In this document: piece by piece, positions 46,174-53,631 of the stretch
Layout of the letters: each line of letters starts with the position of its first letter
Numbering within the stretch: position 1 is the first letter of the stretch
Origin: Candidatus Latescibacterota bacterium
GTDB taxonomy: Bacteria > Latescibacterota > UBA2968 > UBA8231
Reading direction: 5' to 3'
DNA: 64,000 bases
NCBI GenBank assembly: GCA_965204725.1
Contig: OZ242005.1
Location: 160,001-224,000, forward strand
Notes under the pieces: generated by a model
The model's database searches: none
What the model saw: only the letters and a program-made list of their open reading frames with translations
What the model was told of the DNA's origin: nothing
Made by a program: the position numbers and the translations under genes

Positions 46174-46905
46174 ATGGCAGCAAGTGGACCCGTTCCCGCC
46201 GCCCGCGCCCAAGGCCGTGGCCCCACCATCTGGCTGGCCGGATCGCCCGACGAGCTAAAGGAGTGGATGCCCCTCGGAATCGCCGGAATCGTCACCAACA
46301 CGGTGGTGCTCAACCAATACGCCCAGCAATGCGGCTCGGTCATCGGCCTGATAGAGCAATACCTCGCGCTCACCGACAAGCCCGTGGTGGTGGAAATCGA
46401 CGGGCACTGCGTTGAAGAGCTTTTGGAAGTCGGGGAAGTTTTCACCAACTTGTCCGATCAGATCATCCTCAAGATACCCTGCAACGTCAACGGACTCAAA
46501 GCATTCAGCATCCTCAAGGACCGCGGGGTCGAGACCTTCTGTACCACGGTGTTCTCCCTGACGCAAGCCGCGGCCGTCGCCCAAGCCGGGGTCAATCACA
46601 TCTTGCCGTTCTGCGAGCCTGTTAAGGAAGTGGGCGGCGACCCGACCAAGCTGATCCGCGAGTGCGCCCAAATGTTCGGCGGCTGGGGCCAGCGGCCCTT
46701 CATTATGGCCGCCCTCATCCGCTCGGTGGAGACCGCGCACGCCGCCTTCCGCGACGGGGCCGACGAGCTGGTCACCATGTGGACGGTGTACCGCGACATG
46801 ATGGACCACCCGCTAACCGCCCAGTGGAACAAGACCTTTATGGACGAGTGGATCGACATGCACCAGAGCGGCTTGTTGGAGGGCGTCCCCGTCCGCTCCC
46901 ACTGA
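46174..46905 (+). CDS. Transaldolase/fructose-6-phosphate aldolase family, divergent
   Basis: GIVTN, IILKIP (Schiff-base Lys), TTVFSLTQA, IMAALIRS, MDHPLT. Confidence 0.85.
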   Translation: MAASGPVPAARAQGRGPTIWLAGSPDELKEWMPLGIAGIVTNTVVLNQYAQQCGSVIGLIEQYLALTDKPVVVEIDGHCVEELLEVGEVFTNLSDQIILKIPCNVNGLKAFSILKDRGVETFCTTVFSLTQAAAVAQAGVNHILPFCEPVKEVGGDPTKLIRECAQMFGGWGQRPFIMAALIRSVETAHAAFRDGADELVTMWTVYRDMMDHPLTAQWNKTFMDEWIDMHQSGLLEGVPVRSH

Positions 46906-46912
46906 CGCGACG

Positions 46913-46961
46913 CGCCCTCACCCGCGCTCGGCCGGGATCTGGCGCAGCAATTCGCTCCAAG
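46913..46961 (+). repeat. 49-bp direct repeat, left copy (duplicate of hpcH-like gene 3' end)
   Basis: 48/49 identical to 49434-49482. Confidence 0.95.
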
Positions 46962-46991
46962 GGGAACTCAACATCAACCAAGGAGTTCGTC

Positions 46992-49403
46992 ATGTTCAGT
47001 CAAGCCTTTGTAGGAATCAGTCGTCGGTCTGGCGTTCGCGCTCGTCAGTCGTCGGTCTGGCGTTCGCGCTCGTCAGTCGTCGGTCTGGCGTTCGCGCTCG
47101 TCGTCGCGGGAACCTTCGGGCCGTATCCGCTCTACGCGCAGGATGGTGGTACGCCCCCACCGCCGGACTTGTCGTTGTCGACAAGCATTATCGAAATATC
47201 TGAGGGCGACACGGGGACCTACGCCGTGGTCCCCGTTGGTCAGACGACCGGGATTGTCACCGTGATGGTGTCAACTGGCGACCCTAATGTAGCGACGGTA
47301 TCGCCTTCGATATTGGTCTTCAGCCCACCGACGTACAGTGAAACGTCGGTAACGGTGAGAGCGATTGATAACGATATAGTCAATCCGCCCCGGAGTACGA
47401 CGATCACCCACACTGCGACTGGCTACCCCTCCCGCACATTGGTCGTCCGCGTGACAGACGATGAGGCGAGCATATCTGAACCTTATGTCCCGGAGAATCT
47501 GCTGCCGGCTTTCGCGGACACCGCGATGATTGCCGACCTCGTCGCCGAGGTCCGCCAACCGATTGCCCCGCGGAGACTGCCTAAGGCCACTGGCGGCGAC
47601 CCCCCGCTGACCTATAGCTTGCTCGGCAACCTGCCAGATGGCTTGATGTTCCACGCCGCCACCCGCCAGTTGCGGGGCACTCCCACCACCGAAACCGACA
47701 GCGCCGAGACCATGATTTACAGGGTCCGCGATGCCAACTATGATGCCGATACTCTGATGTTTGCCATCACGGTCACGCCCCCGGATCTAAAACCGTCCTT
47801 TGGCGACGCGAACATTCCCGCTCTGTTCGCCGAAGTGAACCAAGCGGTTGTTTGGCCCCTGCCGGCGGCCACCGGCGGCGATCCCCCGCTGCGGTATAGC
47901 CTGTCCAACCTGCCGGACGGCTTGGCACTCAACCCGGTGTGGCAACAGTTGCAGGGTGCGGCGACAGCCACGGACACGACCATCGCCGCCTATACAGCTA
48001 CGGATGTCGATGGCGATACAGCGACGTTGACGTTTGCCGTCACCATCATCAACCCAGACCTAACGCCGACCTTTGGCGACGCGAGGGTGGCCGATCTCGT
48101 CGTCGAGGTGGACCAAGCGATTGATCCGGTGGACCTGCCGGCCGCTGGCGGCGGCAACGGTCCGCTGCGATATAGCCTGTCGAACCTGCCAGACGGCTGG
48201 GCGTTCCATGCCGCCACCCGCCAGTTGCGCGGCGCAGCGACAGCCCCCGACACGATCACCGCCACCTACACGGCCACCGACGCCGACGGCGATGCGGCCA
48301 CCCTGACGTTTACCATCGTCATCATCGCCCCGGATCTAACGCCCGCCTTTGGCGACGCGACGCTTGGGCTGCTGACGGCGACCGCTTGCCAAGCGATTGA
48401 TTGGACGCTGCCGGCCGCCAGTGGCGGCAACGACCCGCTGACGTATAGTCTGTCAAACCTGCCGGACGGCCTTGTGTTCCACGCCGACACCCGCCGGTTG
48501 CAGGGCATTCCCACAGCCCTGAGCGACGAGGGCCAGACGATCACCATACAGGGAACCTACACGGCGCAAGATGCCGACGGCGATGCAGCCACCCTGCCCT
48601 TCACTCTAACGGTCTATACTGGATTGGATGCTCCCGATTGGGTGCGAGCCGAAAACTACCTCGGGGCCGATAGCACGGGTACTTGGGGCGGCTCGGTGCT
48701 GCTGACGTGGGCTTTGCCGAGTCAGCATGCCGGCGTGGACGCTTACCGCATTTACCGCGAGGTGCGGATAACGCACAGCACCGACGAGCACGGTCAGTTG
48801 GTCGCGCTGGACGAACCCCGCGACGAGTTCGTCCCGTGGGCTCGGGTGGATGCGGTGCCGGGCGTTTCGGTGGGGCGCGCCCTCGTGCGGACGCTGGATT
48901 ATCAGGCGACCCGCTGGGCGGTAGCTGCCGAGTGCGGCGGCCAGCGCACCTCCTTGACGGTCGCCCAAGCCAAAGCAGTGCCCCGCGACAGGGCCGCGCT
49001 GCTGCCGCAAGCCTTCGTCTTTGCCCAGCAGGGCGCGGCTCCGCCGCCGAAACGCCAAGCGGTCGTGCAATCGGCCATGACCACCACCGAAGGGCGCGTC
49101 GGGGCCATCCACCCCAGCACCCCGGCCGCATTGGCCCTCGGCCCCAACTATCCCAACCCGTTCAACCCGGCCACGACGATTCAATACTGGCTGCCGCAAG
49201 CTGCCGAGGTGCAGTTGACCATTCACAATGCCTTAGGGCAGGTGGTCCGCACCCTCGTGGCCGAGCATCAGTTCGCGGGTCGCTACGCCGTCAACTACGA
49301 CGGGCGCGACGACCACGGGCAGCCCTTGGCGGCGGGGCTATACTTCTACCGGCTGCAAGCCGGCCCGGTTTCTCAGGTCGGGAAGATGGTCCTGCTCAAG
49401 TAG
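46992..49403 (+). CDS. Secreted Ig-repeat protein (1 Calx-beta-like, 4 He_PIG-like, FlgD-Ig/T9SS-like CTD), paralog of 39143-43720
   Basis: SD aaggag + ATG 46992; near-identical PAFADTAMIADL.. block; NYPNPFNPATTI CTD. Confidence 0.9.
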   Translation: MFSQAFVGISRRSGVRARQSSVWRSRSSVVGLAFALVVAGTFGPYPLYAQDGGTPPPPDLSLSTSIIEISEGDTGTYAVVPVGQTTGIVTVMVSTGDPNVATVSPSILVFSPPTYSETSVTVRAIDNDIVNPPRSTTITHTATGYPSRTLVVRVTDDEASISEPYVPENLLPAFADTAMIADLVAEVRQPIAPRRLPKATGGDPPLTYSLLGNLPDGLMFHAATRQLRGTPTTETDSAETMIYRVRDANYDADTLMFAITVTPPDLKPSFGDANIPALFAEVNQAVVWPLPAATGGDPPLRYSLSNLPDGLALNPVWQQLQGAATATDTTIAAYTATDVDGDTATLTFAVTIINPDLTPTFGDARVADLVVEVDQAIDPVDLPAAGGGNGPLRYSLSNLPDGWAFHAATRQLRGAATAPDTITATYTATDADGDAATLTFTIVIIAPDLTPAFGDATLGLLTATACQAIDWTLPAASGGNDPLTYSLSNLPDGLVFHADTRRLQGIPTALSDEGQTITIQGTYTAQDADGDAATLPFTLTVYTGLDAPDWVRAENYLGADSTGTWGGSVLLTWALPSQHAGVDAYRIYREVRITHSTDEHGQLVALDEPRDEFVPWARVDAVPGVSVGRALVRTLDYQATRWAVAAECGGQRTSLTVAQAKAVPRDRAALLPQAFVFAQQGAAPPPKRQAVVQSAMTTTEGRVGAIHPSTPAALALGPNYPNPFNPATTIQYWLPQAAEVQLTIHNALGQVVRTLVAEHQFAGRYAVNYDGRDDHGQPLAAGLYFYRLQAGPVSQVGKMVLLK
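47017..47102 (+). repeat. Three perfect 28-bp tandem repeats within signal peptide coding region
   Basis: tcagtcgtcggtctggcgttcgcgctcg at 47017, 47045, 47073. Confidence 0.95.
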
Positions 49404-49433
49404 GACCAAGGTGCTTATGGACGAGTTGCTTGC

Positions 49434-49482
49434 CGCCCTCACCCGCGCTCGGTCGGGATCTGGCGCAGCAATTCGCTCCAAG
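49434..49482 (+). repeat. 49-bp direct repeat, right copy
   Basis: Covers stop and last 13-14 codons of 49439-50224. Confidence 0.95.
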
Positions 49483-50224
49483 CCGCGCCCAAGTCCATCA
49501 CGTCGCCGCCGCAGATTACCAAGTCGCAGCCCGCGTCCATGGCGGCCGTCAGCAGCGACCCCGGCAAGGTGAAGATGCCGCTCAGCTTGCCGACCGCCCG
49601 CGCTTTGGCCACGCACGAGAGCACGGCCTCGCGCAGCCCGGGATCGTCCATCTGGCCGGTGCAGCCCATGCTGACGGCCAAATCGCTCGGCCCCATGAAA
49701 ATCCCAGAGAGGCCCTCCACTGCGAGTATTGCATCGACATTCTTCACGGCCTCCACAGTCTCAATCTGGACCAAGAGATGGGTGCGCGCATTGGCGCGGG
49801 CTAGGGCGTCTTGGAGGTTTTCCATGCCAAAGCCCATGCCGCGCGTCCGCACGTTGAAGCCGCGCCGCCCCAACGGCGGGTACTTGCCGGCCTCGACGAT
49901 GCGGCGTGCGTACTCCGCATCGTCCACCATGGGGACGAGAATGATCCGCGCCCCGATTTCGAGTGCGCGCAGCACGTGGTGGCGCTCGCCGTCGGGCAGG
50001 CGGATGAGCGGGAAAATGCCGCCGGCCTCTGCGGCCAAGCACAAGGTCTCGGCGCGCTCAAAGCCGACCGGGCCGTGTTCGCTTTCGATCCACACCGCTT
50101 CAAAACCGACCTGCGCCGCCAGCGAGACGAGCAAGGGCGAGGCGCTGTTGACGGTGACGCCGCGAATTCGGCGCGGCCGCCCAGCCTGATCCAAGAATAC
50201 ATCGTCGGTGATTTTTAAGGCCAT
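49439..50224 (-). CDS. HpcH/HpaI aldolase family protein
   Basis: VWIESEHG, ILVPMV, KYPPLGRRG, VQIET, IFMGPSDL. Confidence 0.92.
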   Translation of the reverse strand: MALKITDDVFLDQAGRPRRIRGVTVNSASPLLVSLAAQVGFEAVWIESEHGPVGFERAETLCLAAEAGGIFPLIRLPDGERHHVLRALEIGARIILVPMVDDAEYARRIVEAGKYPPLGRRGFNVRTRGMGFGMENLQDALARANARTHLLVQIETVEAVKNVDAILAVEGLSGIFMGPSDLAVSMGCTGQMDDPGLREAVLSCVAKARAVGKLSGIFTLPGSLLTAAMDAGCDLVICGGDVMDLGAAWSELLRQIPTERG

Positions 50225-50248
50225 GAACGTTTCTCTCGTTTGAATGAT

Positions 50249-50285
50249 AAAAAAACCCCGTGCCGGGGAAGTTGGCACGGGGGTT
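50249..50285 (-). terminator. Rho-independent terminator after low-GC gene pair
   Basis: Minus strand ccccgtgcc-aacttcccc-ggcacgggg followed by T7. Confidence 0.7.
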
Positions 50286-50303
50286 GCCTGGGGGTGGGTT
50301 CAG

Positions 50304-50582
50304 CTATTGGTTGAGCGATTTTATGATTACATGAACTACAATCGTGCCAATTAAGGTTGCAGCGATGGAAATAGCAGTATATAGGAGTTGCTTCGTTGTA
50401 ATCATGCTGGCTTTGATTTCTGTTACGGTCGTTTTTATTTCATCTACTGTTGCTTCAAGATTGGAAATTCTCTCTTCTAGTTTATCTAGCCTGTAATCTC
50501 TTACGCGATTTCCATTTCCATTATACCCACGAGCGTTTTCTTGATTTGGGTCTTGCCGAAAATCAGGTTTAATAGTACTCAT
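50304..50582 (-). CDS. Hypothetical protein, coiled coil + C-terminal TM helix (low GC)
   Basis: RLDKLEERISNLEATVDEIK..; LLYTAISIAATLIGTIVVHVII; overlaps upstream stop. Confidence 0.7.
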   Translation of the reverse strand: MSTIKPDFRQDPNQENARGYNGNGNRVRDYRLDKLEERISNLEATVDEIKTTVTEIKASMITTKQLLYTAISIAATLIGTIVVHVIIKSLNQ

Positions 50583-50853
50583 CGTGTTTCTCCACCCACT
50601 TAAACCAATCCCATAGAGCGCGTGCAGTAAAACCCGCGTATGAACCTTCTAATTTTAGAACGACGCCAGGAGCTATAGATTCCTCTCCTTTAATTCCCAG
50701 TCTCCTCGCTATGGTTTCAGGAATATCGTCGTCTTGAATAAAGAATATAGTCTCCGAAAATTCATAGTGTTTTGAATACCACTGATCGATTAGATTTCGG
50801 AATTGCGGATCGGCTGAATCATTTAATAAAACAACAAAGGTTGACGTCGCCAT
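50569..50853 (-). CDS. Hypothetical small alpha/beta protein (low GC)
   Basis: 94-aa ORF, TFVVLL..YAGFTARALWDWF; SD-like aaaggg. Confidence 0.7.
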   Translation of the reverse strand: MATSTFVVLLNDSADPQFRNLIDQWYSKHYEFSETIFFIQDDDIPETIARRLGIKGEESIAPGVVLKLEGSYAGFTARALWDWFKWVEKHDEYY

Positions 50854-50907
50854 TACTCGGACCCTTTCTCGGCGAGGCTTGTACCCCTACTTAGTGGGGC
50901 TTCACTA

Positions 50908-50937
50908 ATTAAATAACGTACCCTGAACAATTGTCAA
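50908..50937 (-). promoter_or_regulatory. Putative sigma70 promoter of low-GC pair
   Basis: Minus strand TTGACA-16/18-TATTTA/TTTAAT. Confidence 0.45.
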
Positions 50938-50974
50938 GTTTTCGTGCTTTGCCCACTTCAGAGGAGGTGCTGTT

Positions 50975-51679
50975 GTGACACCACTAGATTACGGACGCTC
51001 GTTTGTACTGGGCAACGGCCCGGAAAACGAAGTGCGGTTTTGGGTCGAGTCGCGGACGCGCATCGTCAGCGAAGCCTCCGGCCAGAGCGAGGATTACGTG
51101 CAGGTGGGGTCGTGCAAGAGCGAGCACACCTTTGCCCGAGAAAACCTCCTGCACGAGGACAACTACGACTTTCTGCCGGTCTTTGGCCCGGAGTGGTCGG
51201 TCGTCTATCGGCGTCACGCCGACCTGCGCGACAGCTATCGAGAAATCCGCCGCTCACAGGAGTGGTGGAATGGGCAACAATACCGCCTGATCGTCGGGCG
51301 CGAGGTGGAGGAACTGACCAGCGCGGCGGCCGTGCGCGAAGCGACCTACGCTGCCGTGCCAATCGTCGCGCAAACCCACGTGCGGAACGAGGAAACCGGG
51401 TTGCAGGCGATCCTAGAGTACCCGGTCAAAACCATGAACACCAATCGCGCCAACGACCTCTATCAAGTGGATACCGGCCCGGTGGCCTTCCCCGACCTGA
51501 GCCAGCGTCGCGCCCGCCACGTCGAGGCCCTATCCCTCGCCTTTGTGGTTTTCAATGCCCCGCACTTTGCCGACTTCGTCCTCGAAGCACCGACTCGCGT
51601 AGGCGACGAGCAGGTGTATCACTATTCCAAGCTAGTGTCCCTATCGGCGGTAAACAGGCTCTATGCGGTGCGCGCTTAG
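50975..51679 (+). CDS. Hypothetical protein
   Basis: SD gaggagg + GTG; host-like codon usage; CKSEHTF..NYDF, EYPVKTMN..YQVDTGP. Confidence 0.75.
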   Translation: MTPLDYGRSFVLGNGPENEVRFWVESRTRIVSEASGQSEDYVQVGSCKSEHTFARENLLHEDNYDFLPVFGPEWSVVYRRHADLRDSYREIRRSQEWWNGQQYRLIVGREVEELTSAAAVREATYAAVPIVAQTHVRNEETGLQAILEYPVKTMNTNRANDLYQVDTGPVAFPDLSQRRARHVEALSLAFVVFNAPHFADFVLEAPTRVGDEQVYHYSKLVSLSAVNRLYAVRA

Positions 51680-51736
51680 AAGCTGGTTGGAAGTTTTGTC
51701 CAAATCCCTCATTCACTATGGCTTAAAGGAGATGCT

Positions 51737-52738
51737 ATGTACAGAGTAGGAGTTATTGGCTGCCGGGGCATTGGCAAGCGGCACGCCCAAGGGGCCGCGC
51801 AACTGGAAAACGCCGAGGTCGTGGCCGCTTGCGATCTCGTGCCGGAGCAACGCGACGAATTTGCCGCGCAGTTTAAGGAGACTAGTCCCGCGCTGAAGAT
51901 GTACGCCGACTATCGGGAGATGCTGGAAAAGGCCCAGCTCGACATCGTTACGGTGGCCACCGGCGACAACCGGCACGCCGACTTGGTGGTAGCCGCGGCC
52001 GAAGCCGGTGCCAAGGGGATTTTCTGCGAAAAGCCACTGGCGACCAGCGTGGAGGACGCGGACCGCATGGTGACGGCCGCAGAACGCCACAACGCCTTGC
52101 TGTCCGTCGATCACACTCGCCACTGGATGCCCGTCTGGCATCGCTGCCACGAACTGGTGACGGCCGGCGAGATTGGCGACGTGAGAGCGGTCTTGTGCGA
52201 ACACTACGGCACGCGCTCAATGCTGTTCCGCAACGGCACCCACCTGCTCGACGCCATTTTCTGGTTCGCCGGTAGCAAACCAGAGTGGCTCGTCGCCGAG
52301 TTGGAGGACGGGTACGAAGACTACAGCGAGTATCGCGGCGACGGCGGACACGACCCAGCCACCGAGCCGAGTGCCAACGCTTACATCCATTTTGCCAACG
52401 GCGTACGCGGGGTCTATCTCGGAGAAAAACAAACTCCCAACCGACTCGACTTCACTGTGGTCGGCACTACGGGTGCCATTTTCATCGAGCGGGAAGGCGA
52501 TGCGTACCTCGAGCGGGGCGGAGAGCGAGTGTTGGTTGAACCGCGCCCGTGGGAGGTGGATGGAATCGAAGCGGGCGTCCATGAACTCGTGCGCGCACTC
52601 GACGGCACCGGTGCGCTATCGTGTACTGGCCGCGATGGTCTGATCGTTGTGGAGATGATGATCGCCTGCCTGCAATCGCAGCAGCAGAACAACTCAAAAG
52701 TCGCGCTGCCGCTACCCCGCGTACGCGGAGGCAGTTGA
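51737..52738 (+). CDS. Gfo/Idh/MocA oxidoreductase
   Basis: VGVIGC.GIG..H, IFCEKPLA, NGTHLLD. Confidence 0.92.
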   Translation: MYRVGVIGCRGIGKRHAQGAAQLENAEVVAACDLVPEQRDEFAAQFKETSPALKMYADYREMLEKAQLDIVTVATGDNRHADLVVAAAEAGAKGIFCEKPLATSVEDADRMVTAAERHNALLSVDHTRHWMPVWHRCHELVTAGEIGDVRAVLCEHYGTRSMLFRNGTHLLDAIFWFAGSKPEWLVAELEDGYEDYSEYRGDGGHDPATEPSANAYIHFANGVRGVYLGEKQTPNRLDFTVVGTTGAIFIEREGDAYLERGGERVLVEPRPWEVDGIEAGVHELVRALDGTGALSCTGRDGLIVVEMMIACLQSQQQNNSKVALPLPRVRGGS

Positions 52739-52757
52739 GTAGGTGGGGCGACCTATT

Positions 52758-53471
52758 TCAGCAACAGCCCTTCACCTCTCGGTTGGAAGAGGCTTGACAG
52801 CGCATGAACTCGTAGAACAGTGCCCCGGCTGCCGCCCCTAGCACCGGACCGACGACGTAGGCCGCAAAAGCCGTCCATTCGCCGGCTGCCAGCGCGGGGC
52901 CTAAGCTGCGGGCTGGATTCATCGAGGCTCCGCACAACGGCCCGGCGAATAGGGCCTCTAGCCCCACCGTGCCGCCAATGGCCAAACCAGCCGCCGGCCC
53001 TACGGCGCGAAAATCGGTCGCCATGCTCATAATGACCAGCATCAGCAAAAAGGTCAGCATGAATTCCCACACTAGGGCCGTGGTGAACAGGCCATCTACC
53101 GGCCGGGTGACTCCCAAGTTCAGCACCTGTTGAGGTTGCGTGGCGGCCAGCACCGACGACAAACTCGCCACGTGTATGCCGCTGGCCGCCACGGCCCCGG
53201 CGCATTGGGCCGAGATATAGGGCGCGATCTCCCTTGTGGGAAAATGCCGCGTCAGGGCGAACGCGAGGGTCACCGCCGGGTTGAAATGCGCTCCAGAAAT
53301 GTGGCCGGTGGCATAGATCATCACCATGACGACCAGCCCAAACGCAGCGGCAATGCCGACATGGCTGACCGCGCCGCCGGAAATCTGGTCGATGGCCACC
53401 GCGCCGCAACCGGCAAAGACAATGGCAAACGCGCCGATGAATTCGGCGGCGCATTTTCGCAATAGATTCAT
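52758..53471 (-). CDS. MIP family channel (aquaporin/NIP-like)
   Basis: AEFIGAF, GHISGAHFNPAVT, GASMNPARSLGP; C-terminal GCC. Confidence 0.95.
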   Translation of the reverse strand: MNLLRKCAAEFIGAFAIVFAGCGAVAIDQISGGAVSHVGIAAAFGLVVMVMIYATGHISGAHFNPAVTLAFALTRHFPTREIAPYISAQCAGAVAASGIHVASLSSVLAATQPQQVLNLGVTRPVDGLFTTALVWEFMLTFLLMLVIMSMATDFRAVGPAAGLAIGGTVGLEALFAGPLCGASMNPARSLGPALAAGEWTAFAAYVVGPVLGAAAGALFYEFMRCQASSNREVKGCC

Positions 53472-53554
53472 GGTTTTCCGAACTCTCCAGCGGGACACTC
53501 CCGCACTGGGCGCGGGCGACCTTTTCGCAGCCTGATGATGCGCTTGGTCCTTTT

Positions 53555-53581
53555 CTGGATTCCCGCGTTCGCGGGAATGAC
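53555..53581. repeat. REP palindrome
   Basis: ctggattcccgcgttcgcgggaatgac, bracketed by gcctgatga/tcatcaggc inverted ends (53530-53598). Confidence 0.88.
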
Positions 53582-53631
53582 CCCTAGAGTCATCAGGCAA
53601 GATTGCCCCGTCAAACGATCTCTCAGGGCGG

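Noticed and set aside
46662-46991. N-terminal extension of the 913-aa ORF
   Set aside because: Overlaps transaldolase in another frame; SD and paralog support ATG 46992.
47017-47102. CRISPR array (28-bp repeats)
   Set aside because: Units are contiguous with no spacers, lie in a coding region, and no cas genes are present.
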